Of a stretch of 58,232 nucleotides of DNA, positions 46,514 through 55,401 are shown piece after piece. Position numbers and translations under genes: made by a program. The DNA is from Candidatus Woesearchaeota archaeon (GTDB lineage: Archaea > Nanobdellota > Nanobdellia > Woesearchaeales > GW2011-AR9). Below the pieces are notes generated by a model, which was not told the origin of the DNA, made no database searches, and worked only from the letters and a program-made list of their open reading frames with translations. The stretch's first letter is position 1, and each line of letters starts with the position of its first letter. Where the stretch lies: positions 1-58,232 of the forward strand of contig JABHQW010000006.1 of the NCBI GenBank assembly GCA_018696595.1, in the 5' to 3' direction.

Positions 46514-48322
46514 ATGAATATAAAAAAAATTGTTTGCTTGTTAATGTTCATCATCCTAATAATTACAATTTCAAACACAGTTCTAGCTGTTAACACAGAA
46601 CCCTACCATATGAAACTTCTTGCAGTACAAGAGAACGGGGAAATTTACATTGGAAGTGATGCAGATTTATATTTAGAACTTAAAGAAGGTTCTGGCAGAG
46701 TTTTCTTAGAAACATTTCCATTAACAAAAATGGACACACAAATATCTACAAGATTCGCTAAAGATATTGCTTGTAATCATTTCAAGTTAGATTGTAACAA
46801 TTATGATTTCATTTACACAATCAAATCAAAATCTAACATCATTGGCGGACCATCTGCAGGGGCAGCGATATCTGCTTTAACTACAATCGCACTAATGGAT
46901 TTAGAATATGATAAAGATGTAACCATTACTGGAACAATTAATTCTGGCGGAATTGTTGGCATGGTTGGTGGAGTGAAAGAAAAATTAGAAGCCGCATCCC
47001 AGGTTAACCTAAAGAAAGTGTTGATTGCTAAAGGTAACAGCAAACAGAAACCGCTTGCCATAAACAACGAAACTTCCGAGGAACAATTGGATTTATTAAA
47101 TTATGCCAAAGAAAATCTAAGTTTAGAAGTTATAGAAGTTGTTGATTTAGATGAAGTACTATTCCATCTGACAGGCGTAAATTTCAATGATAAAGAATTC
47201 GAAGTTTATGAAGATGACCAATACAAAGAGATCATGCAGTCTTTACAAAATATTCTTTGTGACAGAACAAAAAGTCTGATTCAAGAAGTTAAAGAAGAAG
47301 GAGTACAATTAAACCAAACAGAAGTTAATAAAAGAATTGAAAAATCAATTAATGCAACCCAGAAAGGAGATTATTATTCTGCCGCAAGTTTTTGTTTTGG
47401 TAACAATATTTACATCAAGAGTAATTATTATGAAGAGATGATTGTTTCTAAAGGAAAATTAACTACCCTGTTCAAAACGTTAGAGAAAAAAACATTATTA
47501 TTAGAAAGTAAGATTGAAGAAGAGGAAATTAAAACAATTTCTGATTTACAAACATTCATGGTAGTTAAAGAAAGATTAAATGATGTTAAGCAACAGATTA
47601 AAATATTTAATGAAGAAAAAGAACAAGCCTTACTAACAGACTTATATTCTTTATTGGGATATGCTGAAGAGAGATATTTTTCTGCCTTATCTTGGACACA
47701 ATTTTTTTCTATGGATGGAAAAAAGTTAATTGTTGATCAACAACGGCTAGAACAATCTTGTTTACAAAAAGTTTCTGAAGCCGAAGAAAGACACCAATAT
47801 GTAAGTTTATTTTTAGGGGATTTTCATATTGTTGGCATAAAAGAAAAAATTGAGATTGCTAAACAATCCCAATTAAACCAAGAATTTGAATTGTGTTTGA
47901 TTATGGCGGCTCAAGCAAAAGCAGAATCAAACGCAATCTTAAGTTCAATGGGTTTAAGTGATGAAACGATTGTAGAATTCTTAGATAGTAAAATCAAAGC
48001 AGTAGAAAGAATTATTTCTGAAAACAGTGCCGAAGAAACATTTCCAATTTTGGGATATTCATACTACCAATATGCTAATAATTTAAAAGAAGAACAACCT
48101 TACACTGGATTAATTTATTTAGAATATGCTTTAGAAATGAGTGATTTAGGGATTTATTTCCCTGAAGAGAAAGAATTTAATGCTCAAAGTTTTAAGATTA
48201 AAAGAGATTGGATGTTAATTTTAGTAGGTTTCTTAGTAGGAGTTTTAGTAACAATAATTATCTTTGTTATTGAGAGAGGTTGGTTTAGAAGAGTTCCTAA
48301 ATTGAAGTTTGTTAAGAAGTAA
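46514..48322 (+). CDS. Secreted, membrane-anchored S16 (Lon-like, ATPase-less) serine protease
   Basis: Signal peptide, IGGPSAG, ITGTINSGG, VGGVKEK (Ser-Lys dyad), C-terminal TM. Confidence 0.9.
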   Translation: MNIKKIVCLLMFIILIITISNTVLAVNTEPYHMKLLAVQENGEIYIGSDADLYLELKEGSGRVFLETFPLTKMDTQISTRFAKDIACNHFKLDCNNYDFIYTIKSKSNIIGGPSAGAAISALTTIALMDLEYDKDVTITGTINSGGIVGMVGGVKEKLEAASQVNLKKVLIAKGNSKQKPLAINNETSEEQLDLLNYAKENLSLEVIEVVDLDEVLFHLTGVNFNDKEFEVYEDDQYKEIMQSLQNILCDRTKSLIQEVKEEGVQLNQTEVNKRIEKSINATQKGDYYSAASFCFGNNIYIKSNYYEEMIVSKGKLTTLFKTLEKKTLLLESKIEEEEIKTISDLQTFMVVKERLNDVKQQIKIFNEEKEQALLTDLYSLLGYAEERYFSALSWTQFFSMDGKKLIVDQQRLEQSCLQKVSEAEERHQYVSLFLGDFHIVGIKEKIEIAKQSQLNQEFELCLIMAAQAKAESNAILSSMGLSDETIVEFLDSKIKAVERIISENSAEETFPILGYSYYQYANNLKEEQPYTGLIYLEYALEMSDLGIYFPEEKEFNAQSFKIKRDWMLILVGFLVGVLVTIIIFVIERGWFRRVPKLKFVKK

Positions 48323-48344
48323 GCTCAAAACAAAATAATTGATT

Positions 48345-48420
48345 CTAGAACATTAAGTAAATATAAACCCCGGGCAAACCTTCGAAAAGGTTTGCTGGGG
48401 AAAAAGAGGTGATAGATGTT
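48345..48420 (-). ncRNA. Candidate small RNA: AUCACCUC 5' segment plus UUCG-capped GC hairpin
   Basis: Minus-strand BRE/TATA at 48444-48451; 14-bp hairpin 48368-48400 with a UUCG loop on this strand. Confidence 0.4.
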
Positions 48421-48610
48421 TAATACTTGAGAGTAGCAACCCATATATAAAGGTTTCGGTTATTTTAGTATTCCAAAGTAGTGAATAACCACATGGAAAG
48501 GTTTATTAAATTATAACTTATTCAAGAATATGATTTTAATAAAAGAGGTAAACAAAGGAACAAGTTCCTTTTTACTTTTTTTAAATCTAAGTTCAAAATA
48601 GAGGTGTTAT

Positions 48611-49474
48611 ATGATGAAGAAAATAATTATTTTTAGTTTAATCCTAGCAATCATGTTTAGTTTCTCAGCCATAGGGGCAAGTAATATTGATGGCCTAACG
48701 AACGAATTAGAAGGAAAAGAGATCCCGGCCCCACTAGGGACTTTGTTTGGAGATGAAAGGATTAATTTACATTTTGCATTAGATAATGGAGAAGAATTAG
48801 TTTTAGGATTAATAACAGAAGATGATAAGTTTAAAAGTCTTGAAGTTGGAGAACTAGAAAAACCTTCATTAAATGTTTACACTACAGAAACGGTAGTTAA
48901 AGCAATAGAGAATTCTGATAATCCCCCTTCAGTATTAAAAAATGCTCTTGAAAATGGAGAGATCACATATAAAGCAGTTGGTTTTATGAATAAAATTAAA
49001 TTTGCAGTGCTTTCAGTAGTAATGAAATTCCTTGATGGTGCAGAAGAAAAAGCAGAAAAAGAAACCAAAGAGGATGAACCCGTTAAAGAAGAAGTTCCAG
49101 AAACAGAAGAAACAGTAGATGAAACAGAAACCGTCGCAATGGTTGAAGAAGAAACAACTGAAGAAGTGAAAATAGAAGAACCCGTTGTTGTAGAACCAAG
49201 TGGACCAAAAACCCATATTGTAAAATTAATTGATGGTGGTTTTGGAAATGCATCAATCACAATTAAAGTAGGAGACACTGTTGAATGGCACAATGAAAGA
49301 GACGGAAACACAAAGAAAGCATTAATTATAGGGTCACAACAATGTTTCAAAATTAAAAGTAGTATATTTGAATGGGGAGATTACTACTCGTGGACATTTG
49401 AGAAAGCAGAAACTTGTACAATTATTGATGGAATATTTACAACAGCATCAATGAAAATAATTGTTAAGGAGTGA
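48611..49474 (+). CDS. Secreted protein with an acidic linker and C-terminal cupredoxin-like domain
   Basis: Signal peptide; SITIKVGDTVEWHN...YYSWTF...MKIIVK. Confidence 0.8.
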   Translation: MMKKIIIFSLILAIMFSFSAIGASNIDGLTNELEGKEIPAPLGTLFGDERINLHFALDNGEELVLGLITEDDKFKSLEVGELEKPSLNVYTTETVVKAIENSDNPPSVLKNALENGEITYKAVGFMNKIKFAVLSVVMKFLDGAEEKAEKETKEDEPVKEEVPETEETVDETETVAMVEEETTEEVKIEEPVVVEPSGPKTHIVKLIDGGFGNASITIKVGDTVEWHNERDGNTKKALIIGSQQCFKIKSSIFEWGDYYSWTFEKAETCTIIDGIFTTASMKIIVKE

Positions 49475-50478
49475 TAATGAAAATTGGCTTTTTTGAATTA
49501 GAACCTTGGGAAAAGAAAGAGATTAGAAAAGTTTTTTCCAAGGACAAATTATTTTTCTCAGAAAAAAGATTAACATTAAGAAACGTAAGGAGGTATAAAG
49601 AGTTAGAAGCAATTGCAATCTTTGTACATTCTGAGATTGATAAAGAAGTTCTTAAAAAGTTACCAAAACTAAAATATATTACAACAATGAGTACTGGTTT
49701 TAATCATATTGACCTAGAAGAATGTAAAAAAAGAAGAATTTCTGTTAGTAATGTTCCAACATACGGAGAAAACACAGTAGCCGAACATACATTTGCTTTA
49801 ATCTTAGCATTAAGTAGAAAAATTGTTGATTGTGTTAATAGAACCCACTTAGGAAGTTTTCGTTTAGAAGGATTAAGAGGATTTGATTTAAAAGATAAAA
49901 CCATTGGGGTTGTTGGCGGAGGAAATATTGGCAAACATGTTATTCGCATGGCTAAAGGGTTTGAAATGAATGTTTTAGTATTTGATATTTACAAAGACAT
50001 AAAATTAGCAAAAAAGCTAGGATACAAATATGCAAGTATGGAAAAAATGCTTAAAGAATCAGATGTAATTACACTTCATGTTCCAGAAAACAAACACACC
50101 CATCATTTAATTGATAAAGATAAATTAACATTAATGAAAAAGTCTGCGGTTCTAATTAATACTTCTCGTGGTGGTATTGTTGACACAAAAGCTTTAGTTA
50201 ATGCTTTGAAAAAGAAAAAGATTGCAGGGGCAGCTTTAGATGTTTTAGAGGATGAATGTAAAATAATTGAAGAAACTCAATTATTGAAAAAAGAGTTTGG
50301 TGGCAGGTGCGATTTACATAAAATTGTAGAAAAGCATGCTTTACTTAAAATGAAGAACGTTATTGTCACACCCCATAATGCTTTCAATACACATGAAGCT
50401 TTAATGCGGATATTACAAACAACTATTAAGAATCTTGCTAGTTTTAAGAATGGAAGAAAGATTAATGAGGTCAAGTAA
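49471..50478 (+). CDS. D-2-hydroxyacid dehydrogenase (D-lactate dehydrogenase-like)
   Basis: STGFNHID, VAEHT, GGGNIG, LINTSRG, LDVLEDE, TPHNAF. Confidence 0.93.
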   Translation: MIMKIGFFELEPWEKKEIRKVFSKDKLFFSEKRLTLRNVRRYKELEAIAIFVHSEIDKEVLKKLPKLKYITTMSTGFNHIDLEECKKRRISVSNVPTYGENTVAEHTFALILALSRKIVDCVNRTHLGSFRLEGLRGFDLKDKTIGVVGGGNIGKHVIRMAKGFEMNVLVFDIYKDIKLAKKLGYKYASMEKMLKESDVITLHVPENKHTHHLIDKDKLTLMKKSAVLINTSRGGIVDTKALVNALKKKKIAGAALDVLEDECKIIEETQLLKKEFGGRCDLHKIVEKHALLKMKNVIVTPHNAFNTHEALMRILQTTIKNLASFKNGRKINEVK

Positions 50479-50481
50479 AGT

Positions 50482-50874
50482 TTATTCCCTACAATGACTT
50501 TGTTGTTGTATACCCATTTTAAAAGTCTCAACTTCTCCCCTCAAAGTTTCATACCCAGGAGTTTGTTTACGTTTATCAGATAAAGCATCTAAGTTATCTA
50601 AAGCATCACCACAAAGTTGTTCTGCAAGCAAATAATTCCCTTGAGAACAATCTGTTTGTGCCCATTGGTAAAGTGCCTCAGCACAACGATAAAGTCCAAA
50701 ATCAGAAAGAGGCTTATCTTCTTCTGGAGATAAAGTTTTTTCTCCAATACAAGAACTTAATTCCCTTGGTAAAGGATGTTTGAATCCACTATAAGTCCCA
50801 TTTTCTAAGTAACGAACACAACCTGCAGTAAACAAAGTAGCTGCAAGAGTAACCATAGTTAATCCGTTTCTCAT
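50482..50874 (-). CDS. Putative lipoprotein, hypothetical
   Basis: From ATG 50874: MRNGLTMVTLAATLFTAGC, a lipobox-like signal. Confidence 0.65.
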   Translation of the reverse strand: MRNGLTMVTLAATLFTAGCVRYLENGTYSGFKHPLPRELSSCIGEKTLSPEEDKPLSDFGLYRCAEALYQWAQTDCSQGNYLLAEQLCGDALDNLDALSDKRKQTPGYETLRGEVETFKMGIQQQSHCRE

Positions 50875-50967
50875 TTTAAGTAAAATAAGCCCAGAGTTAA
50901 TAAATTTTGTTGAATTGAGGCACAAAAACACACAAATAATTTAAAATGCAAAATAATCAAGTAAAAT

Positions 50968-51558
50968 ATGGTGAAAGATTTAGCATTGATTTTCGGTAGC
51001 AAGAGTAAAGCACAAGAGATATTTTATTTGTTAAGTAAAGCAAAATCTGTAGTTAGACAAGGATTCTATGAACACGAATTACCAAAAGTAGAAAAGTTCT
51101 GCCAAGAAAATAATATCCATTTAGTAAGATCAAGATTTAAAGTTCTTCTAGCAGATGAAACCAGTTTTTCAAATAAAGGCATCAGAGTTCCATATCAAGA
51201 TAAAAGAGAAGGGATGTATTTTGTATATTTATCTAAAGATCAACAAAAATCTTGGTTAGCCGCATATTATGAAATCATGAAAAATGATGCAGATCTGGGA
51301 ATGTTATTAGGATACCCAAAATGTTGTATAGAATTCTTTCTTAAACGTTTTAGCTCCAATAATCCTAATCTACAACTGCAACCAACAAATATGTACACGA
51401 ACATTTCCAAAAGAGATAAAGATCATGTTCTAATCTCACATTTCCCTTGTAGTTCTGATTGTCAAGAAAGTATTCAGTTAGGAAGACAATATCTAGCTAT
51501 AATCAACGAATGTGATAAAGAAAGATATAAAGAATTAATTAAAGAACTTAAAATCTAA
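50968..51558 (+). CDS. DUF483-like protein
   Basis: LGMLLGYPKCCIEFF and ISHFPCSSDCQES. Confidence 0.75.
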   Translation: MVKDLALIFGSKSKAQEIFYLLSKAKSVVRQGFYEHELPKVEKFCQENNIHLVRSRFKVLLADETSFSNKGIRVPYQDKREGMYFVYLSKDQQKSWLAAYYEIMKNDADLGMLLGYPKCCIEFFLKRFSSNNPNLQLQPTNMYTNISKRDKDHVLISHFPCSSDCQESIQLGRQYLAIINECDKERYKELIKELKI

Positions 51559-51662
51559 CCAGACTGGATTCTTCTCTTACGTTTAGCCTTTTTCATTTTC
51601 TTACGTTGCCACTTCCAACGCATTTGTCCTTTCTTTTTCCAACGTCTTGAACTTCTTTTCAT
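51555..51662 (-). CDS. rpl41e: Ribosomal protein eL41/eS32 (35 aa), missing from the ORF track
   Basis: MKRSSRRWKKKGQMRWKWQRKKMKKAKRKRRIQSG; TATA 51686-51693 lies 23 nt upstream. Confidence 0.92.
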   Translation of the reverse strand: MKRSSRRWKKKGQMRWKWQRKKMKKAKRKRRIQSG

Positions 51663-51713
51663 CTAATTGCTTGAGATGTGGTTTATTTATAAAGGTTTTG
51701 GTGGAGTTAAAGG

Positions 51714-51761
51714 AAATAGTAGTGTCAATTTGTGAATGATATCAGCCCGACACTACTATTT
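51714..51761. repeat. Perfect 13-bp inverted repeat with a 22-nt spacer
   Basis: AAATAGTAGTGTC (51714-51726) / GACACTACTATTT (51749-51761). Confidence 0.85.
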
Positions 51762-51830
51762 TAAGAAACTAACAGGAGTTACTTTTATAAACAAAAAAAC
51801 ATTCCTAAACTAAAAAGAGGTTGATAAAAG

Positions 51831-52715
51831 ATGATAATAACTAGTTTAAGCAATTCTAAAAGTATAGCTAAAAGTCTGGCTAGAAAACTTAAATGCAAAT
51901 ATTCAGGAACTACTATCTCAAGTTTTCCAGATGGAGATTTATACTTAAAGTTCAATACAAATCTAAAAAAGAAAAAATTAGTTATTGTTCAATCATTTCA
52001 ACCACATTCTGATATGTCTCTTTTTGATATTGTTTTTGCTGCAGAAACTGCAAAAAGTTTAGGGGCAAAGAAAGTAATTCTTGTTGCACCATATCTTGCT
52101 TACATGAGGCAGGACAAAAGATTTAATTCAGGGGAATGTATTTCTAGTAGAGTTATGGCTAAAATGCTTAACAATTCAATTGACAAATTAATTACAATTG
52201 ACCCACATATCCACAGATACAAATCATTAAAAGATATTTTTACGATTTCTGCAAAAAAGTTAACAGCTAATCCTTTAATCGCAGAATATATTCAAAAGAA
52301 ATTCAAAAATGAAGTTATTATTGGTCCTGATTGGGAATCTTACCAATGGGCAGAAAGTATTGCCAAACATGTTCATGTGCAAGCCACAGTATTAAAGAAA
52401 ACTAGATTTTCTTCTAGACATGTAGAAGTTAAGATGATTAAACCAGTCCCAATTAAAGGAAAAAATGTAATAATTGTTGATGACATTATTTCTACTGGTC
52501 ACACCGTAGCAGAAGCTGCTAAGAAAGCTAGAAAAATGGGGGCGAAATCTGTTTCTGCGATTGGGGTCCACGGATTATTTGTTGAGAATGGTATGGAGAA
52601 ATTGAAAAAAGCAGGTGTTAATAAAATCATTACCACCAACTGCATTGAACACAAAACAAATAAGATTGATGTAACTCCGTTATTGTTTAATGAATTGAAG
52701 CGTGAAAAGAAATAA
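51831..52715 (+). CDS. prs: Ribose-phosphate pyrophosphokinase
   Basis: FPDGDLY, PYLAYMRQDK, IGPD, IVDDIISTGHT, HGLF. Confidence 0.96.
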   Translation: MIITSLSNSKSIAKSLARKLKCKYSGTTISSFPDGDLYLKFNTNLKKKKLVIVQSFQPHSDMSLFDIVFAAETAKSLGAKKVILVAPYLAYMRQDKRFNSGECISSRVMAKMLNNSIDKLITIDPHIHRYKSLKDIFTISAKKLTANPLIAEYIQKKFKNEVIIGPDWESYQWAESIAKHVHVQATVLKKTRFSSRHVEVKMIKPVPIKGKNVIIVDDIISTGHTVAEAAKKARKMGAKSVSAIGVHGLFVENGMEKLKKAGVNKIITTNCIEHKTNKIDVTPLLFNELKREKK

Positions 52716-52764
52716 ACTTTCTAACACTATAAAATTTATAAGTAGCTCCACATTCTCTTAATCT

Positions 52765-53400
52765 ATGGAAGAAAAGAGCCATCAATCAGAAATACTGACA
52801 ATCATGTTTACTGATATTGTAGGTTATACTTCCACCACAGCAAGATTAAACAGAAAAGAGTTTAATCAACTGCATGATGTTTTTGATAACATTTCTCTAC
52901 CAATATTTAAGAAACACTCAGGTAACGTAATTAAGAAAATTGGAGATTCTTTCATGGTCACATTTAAATCGGCCACAGAAGGAGTTTTGTGCGGAATAGA
53001 TTTACAAAAATCGTTTCAAAAACATCACAAAGAAAATCAATCAAGAAACCCCCTTAGAATTAGGGTCGCCCTACATTCGGGAGAAGTTCTTTTGAGAGAC
53101 AATGATGTTTATGGAGATGCAGTAAATTTATCTGCCAGAGTTGAAGGCCTAACACAAGCAGGAGAGATTTACTTTACAGAATCAGTTGCCCAATCAATGA
53201 ACAAGAATGAAATTGATTTTTTAGATTTAGGATACACCCCAGTTAAAGGTTTTTCTGAACCAATAAGAATCTTTAAAGTTAAATGGAAAAGAGATCAAAG
53301 AAGAATCCTTTGGGGTTGGATTTTGGAAACATTTCTGATAGTTTTATTAATTAGTGTAATAATTGTCGCCGCTGGTTTTTTGTATAAGACTTATTTTTAA
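52765..53400 (+). CDS. Class III adenylate cyclase with C-terminal TM, paralog 1
   Basis: FTDIVGYT, KKIGDSF, HSGEV, DVYGDAVNLSARVE. Confidence 0.92.
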   Translation: MEEKSHQSEILTIMFTDIVGYTSTTARLNRKEFNQLHDVFDNISLPIFKKHSGNVIKKIGDSFMVTFKSATEGVLCGIDLQKSFQKHHKENQSRNPLRIRVALHSGEVLLRDNDVYGDAVNLSARVEGLTQAGEIYFTESVAQSMNKNEIDFLDLGYTPVKGFSEPIRIFKVKWKRDQRRILWGWILETFLIVLLISVIIVAAGFLYKTYF

Positions 53401-53438
53401 GATAAATTTTTAAGTAACCCCCTATTTTTCATTCTAAA

Positions 53439-54095
53439 TTGGCAAAAAAAAATAAATCAGAAGTATTAACAGTAATGTTTGTGGACATAGTTAGTTACAC
53501 CAAAACTACCGCCAATCTTGATAGAGAGAACTTCAATTATTTACATGATGTCTTTGACACTATTTGCCATAAGTTCTTCAAAGAACATGAAGGAAAAGTA
53601 ATTAAGAAAATAGGGGATGCTTTTTTAGTAACATTCAAATCTGCGACTGAAGCGGTTCTTTGTGGAATAAATTTACAGAATTCCTTTTATGAGTATAATC
53701 AAAAACACAGAAAACAAGACCCATTAAAAATTAGGGTTGCATTACATTCAGGAGAAATTTTGCATAGGCATGGAGATATTTATGGAGATGCAGTAAATAC
53801 TGCTGCCAGAGTTGAAGGAATAACAAAAGCAAATCATGTTGTTTTCAGTGAACCAGTTTATGCTGCCATGAACAAGAATGAAATGGATTATATTTATCTT
53901 GGTGCAAAAAAACTGAAAGGTTTACAACGTCCGTTAAAAGTGTTTAGAGTAAAAACAAAAATGGACGAAATCCTAGATAGAAAAAAGAGGACTAGAAAGT
54001 TTTTCAACAAAATAAAAAGAAAAATTGTTGGGGTTGTTGTTTTAGGGGTTGTTGTAATAGCAATATTTCTTTTAGTAAAGTATTTGTTTGGTTAG
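53439..54095 (+). CDS. Class III adenylate cyclase with C-terminal TM, paralog 2
   Basis: FVDIVSYT, KKIGDAF, DIYGDAVNTAARVE; TTG start supported by TATA 53407-53414. Confidence 0.92.
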   Translation: MAKKNKSEVLTVMFVDIVSYTKTTANLDRENFNYLHDVFDTICHKFFKEHEGKVIKKIGDAFLVTFKSATEAVLCGINLQNSFYEYNQKHRKQDPLKIRVALHSGEILHRHGDIYGDAVNTAARVEGITKANHVVFSEPVYAAMNKNEMDYIYLGAKKLKGLQRPLKVFRVKTKMDEILDRKKRTRKFFNKIKRKIVGVVVLGVVVIAIFLLVKYLFG

Positions 54096-54158
54096 AAAAA
54101 TCAGTTTGGTAACTTCTGAGTAGTAAACTATATAAACTGACCCCATTTTTTATTGAAA

Positions 54159-54236
54159 ATGGACAAACTTAACCACAATAACGAAGAAACTAAAAAATAC
54201 GTTTTGTTAATAACAACTTTTAGGAGTAGGTTCTAA
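54159..54236 (+). CDS. 25-aa leaderless micro-ORF coupled to bshA
   Basis: TATA 54129-54136, ATG 22 nt later, MDKLNHNNEETKKYVLLITTFRSRF; its TAA overlaps the bshA ATG (TAATG). Confidence 0.4.
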   Translation: MDKLNHNNEETKKYVLLITTFRSRF

Positions 54237-55399
54237 TGAAATCTAGTTTAGATTTGGCATATCTTTTGTATTGTAGACCCCATTTAGGGGGATCGGGAGT
54301 AATGAGTTTAGAACTAGCAAAACAAATGAGGAGAAAAGGACACAATGTGACCTTAATAAGTTACCCTGGAACGTTTCTTAGTTCAGAAGAACAAGAGATG
54401 GGAATTAATTTGGTTCAAACGCAAGCAATTAATTATCCTTGTTTTAAGTCAGAACCTTTTTCTGAGACCTTTGCTTCAGTAATTGCTAATTTAGGAGAAG
54501 AAAAAAACTTAAACATTATTCATGCAAATTATGCAATTACTCATGGACTTGCAGCAACAACAGCAAAAAGAATATTAGAAAGAAAAGGCAAAGATTTGAA
54601 AGTTTTAGTTACTAGTCACGGATCAGACATTCATACAAATGGGCACCACCATTTATTAGCCCCAACAATTGAACAAATTTTGTGGGAATCAGATGCAATC
54701 TCTTTTGTTTCAGAATCTTTACAAACAGAAGCAGAAGAACTATTTCCTTCAATAAAAAACAAAGGAGAAGCTATTTATAATTTTGTAGACACCGACAGAT
54801 TTCGTTTTAGTGAAGATGAAAGAAGAAGTATTAGATCTGCAGAAAAAATTCCAGATGGCGCCACAGTAATATACCATGCCTCAAATTTTAGAGAACTAAA
54901 AAATGCCCAAGATCTTATAAGTATTGCAATTAATGATAAAGAAGAAGAGGATGCAAGGTTTTACTTTTTAATGGTGGGCGATGGTCCCGAGAAAACTATC
55001 ATGGAAGATAAAGTTAGATCATTAGGACTTGAAAAATATTTTCATTTTGTCGGTAAAAAAGAAAATGTAGTGCCGTATATTAATGCTTCTGACATTGTTG
55101 TTCTCCCTTCAAAAAGGGAATCTTTCGGACTGGTTTTATTAGAAGGAATGGCTTGTGGAAGACCAGTAATTGGATCAAGAGTTGGTGGAATTCCCGAAGT
55201 CATCCAAGATGGAGAAAATGGGTTTTTATTTTCCAAAATTGATGAGCTATATGTCTTTGCAGATCAAATCAGAAGAAATACAGATTTAGGAAAAAGGTTT
55301 GGAGAACAAGGCAAATTAATGGCCAGTTCAAAGTTTTCAGTTGATAAAGTTGTAGGACAGTATGAAAGTATATATTATAAAATGGTGGCGGGCAATTAA
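54236..55399 (+). CDS. bshA: GT4 glycosyltransferase, BshA-like (GlcNAc-malate synthase type)
   Basis: GGSGVMSLELA, IIHANYAITH, TSHGSD, YNFVD, HASNFRELK, RESFGLVLLEGM parallel Bacillus BshA motifs. Confidence 0.85.
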   Translation: MKSSLDLAYLLYCRPHLGGSGVMSLELAKQMRRKGHNVTLISYPGTFLSSEEQEMGINLVQTQAINYPCFKSEPFSETFASVIANLGEEKNLNIIHANYAITHGLAATTAKRILERKGKDLKVLVTSHGSDIHTNGHHHLLAPTIEQILWESDAISFVSESLQTEAEELFPSIKNKGEAIYNFVDTDRFRFSEDERRSIRSAEKIPDGATVIYHASNFRELKNAQDLISIAINDKEEEDARFYFLMVGDGPEKTIMEDKVRSLGLEKYFHFVGKKENVVPYINASDIVVLPSKRESFGLVLLEGMACGRPVIGSRVGGIPEVIQDGENGFLFSKIDELYVFADQIRRNTDLGKRFGEQGKLMASSKFSVDKVVGQYESIYYKMVAGN

Positions 55400-55401
55400 A
55401 G

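Noticed and set aside
48368-48400. c-di-GMP-I riboswitch resemblance (GGGCAAACC..GAAA..GG)
   Set aside because: The required GACGCAAAG segment and second hairpin are missing; it folds as one simple hairpin.
49471-50478. D-2-hydroxyacid dehydrogenase as supplier of the BshA acceptor
   Set aside because: About 3.8 kb away in another operon and D-specific, whereas BshA uses L-malate; no sequence evidence of a link.
52765-54095. Pycsar or CBASS defence system
   Set aside because: Cyclases keep ATP-type specificity residues and no effector gene is adjacent; patatin lies 7 kb away in an unrelated context.
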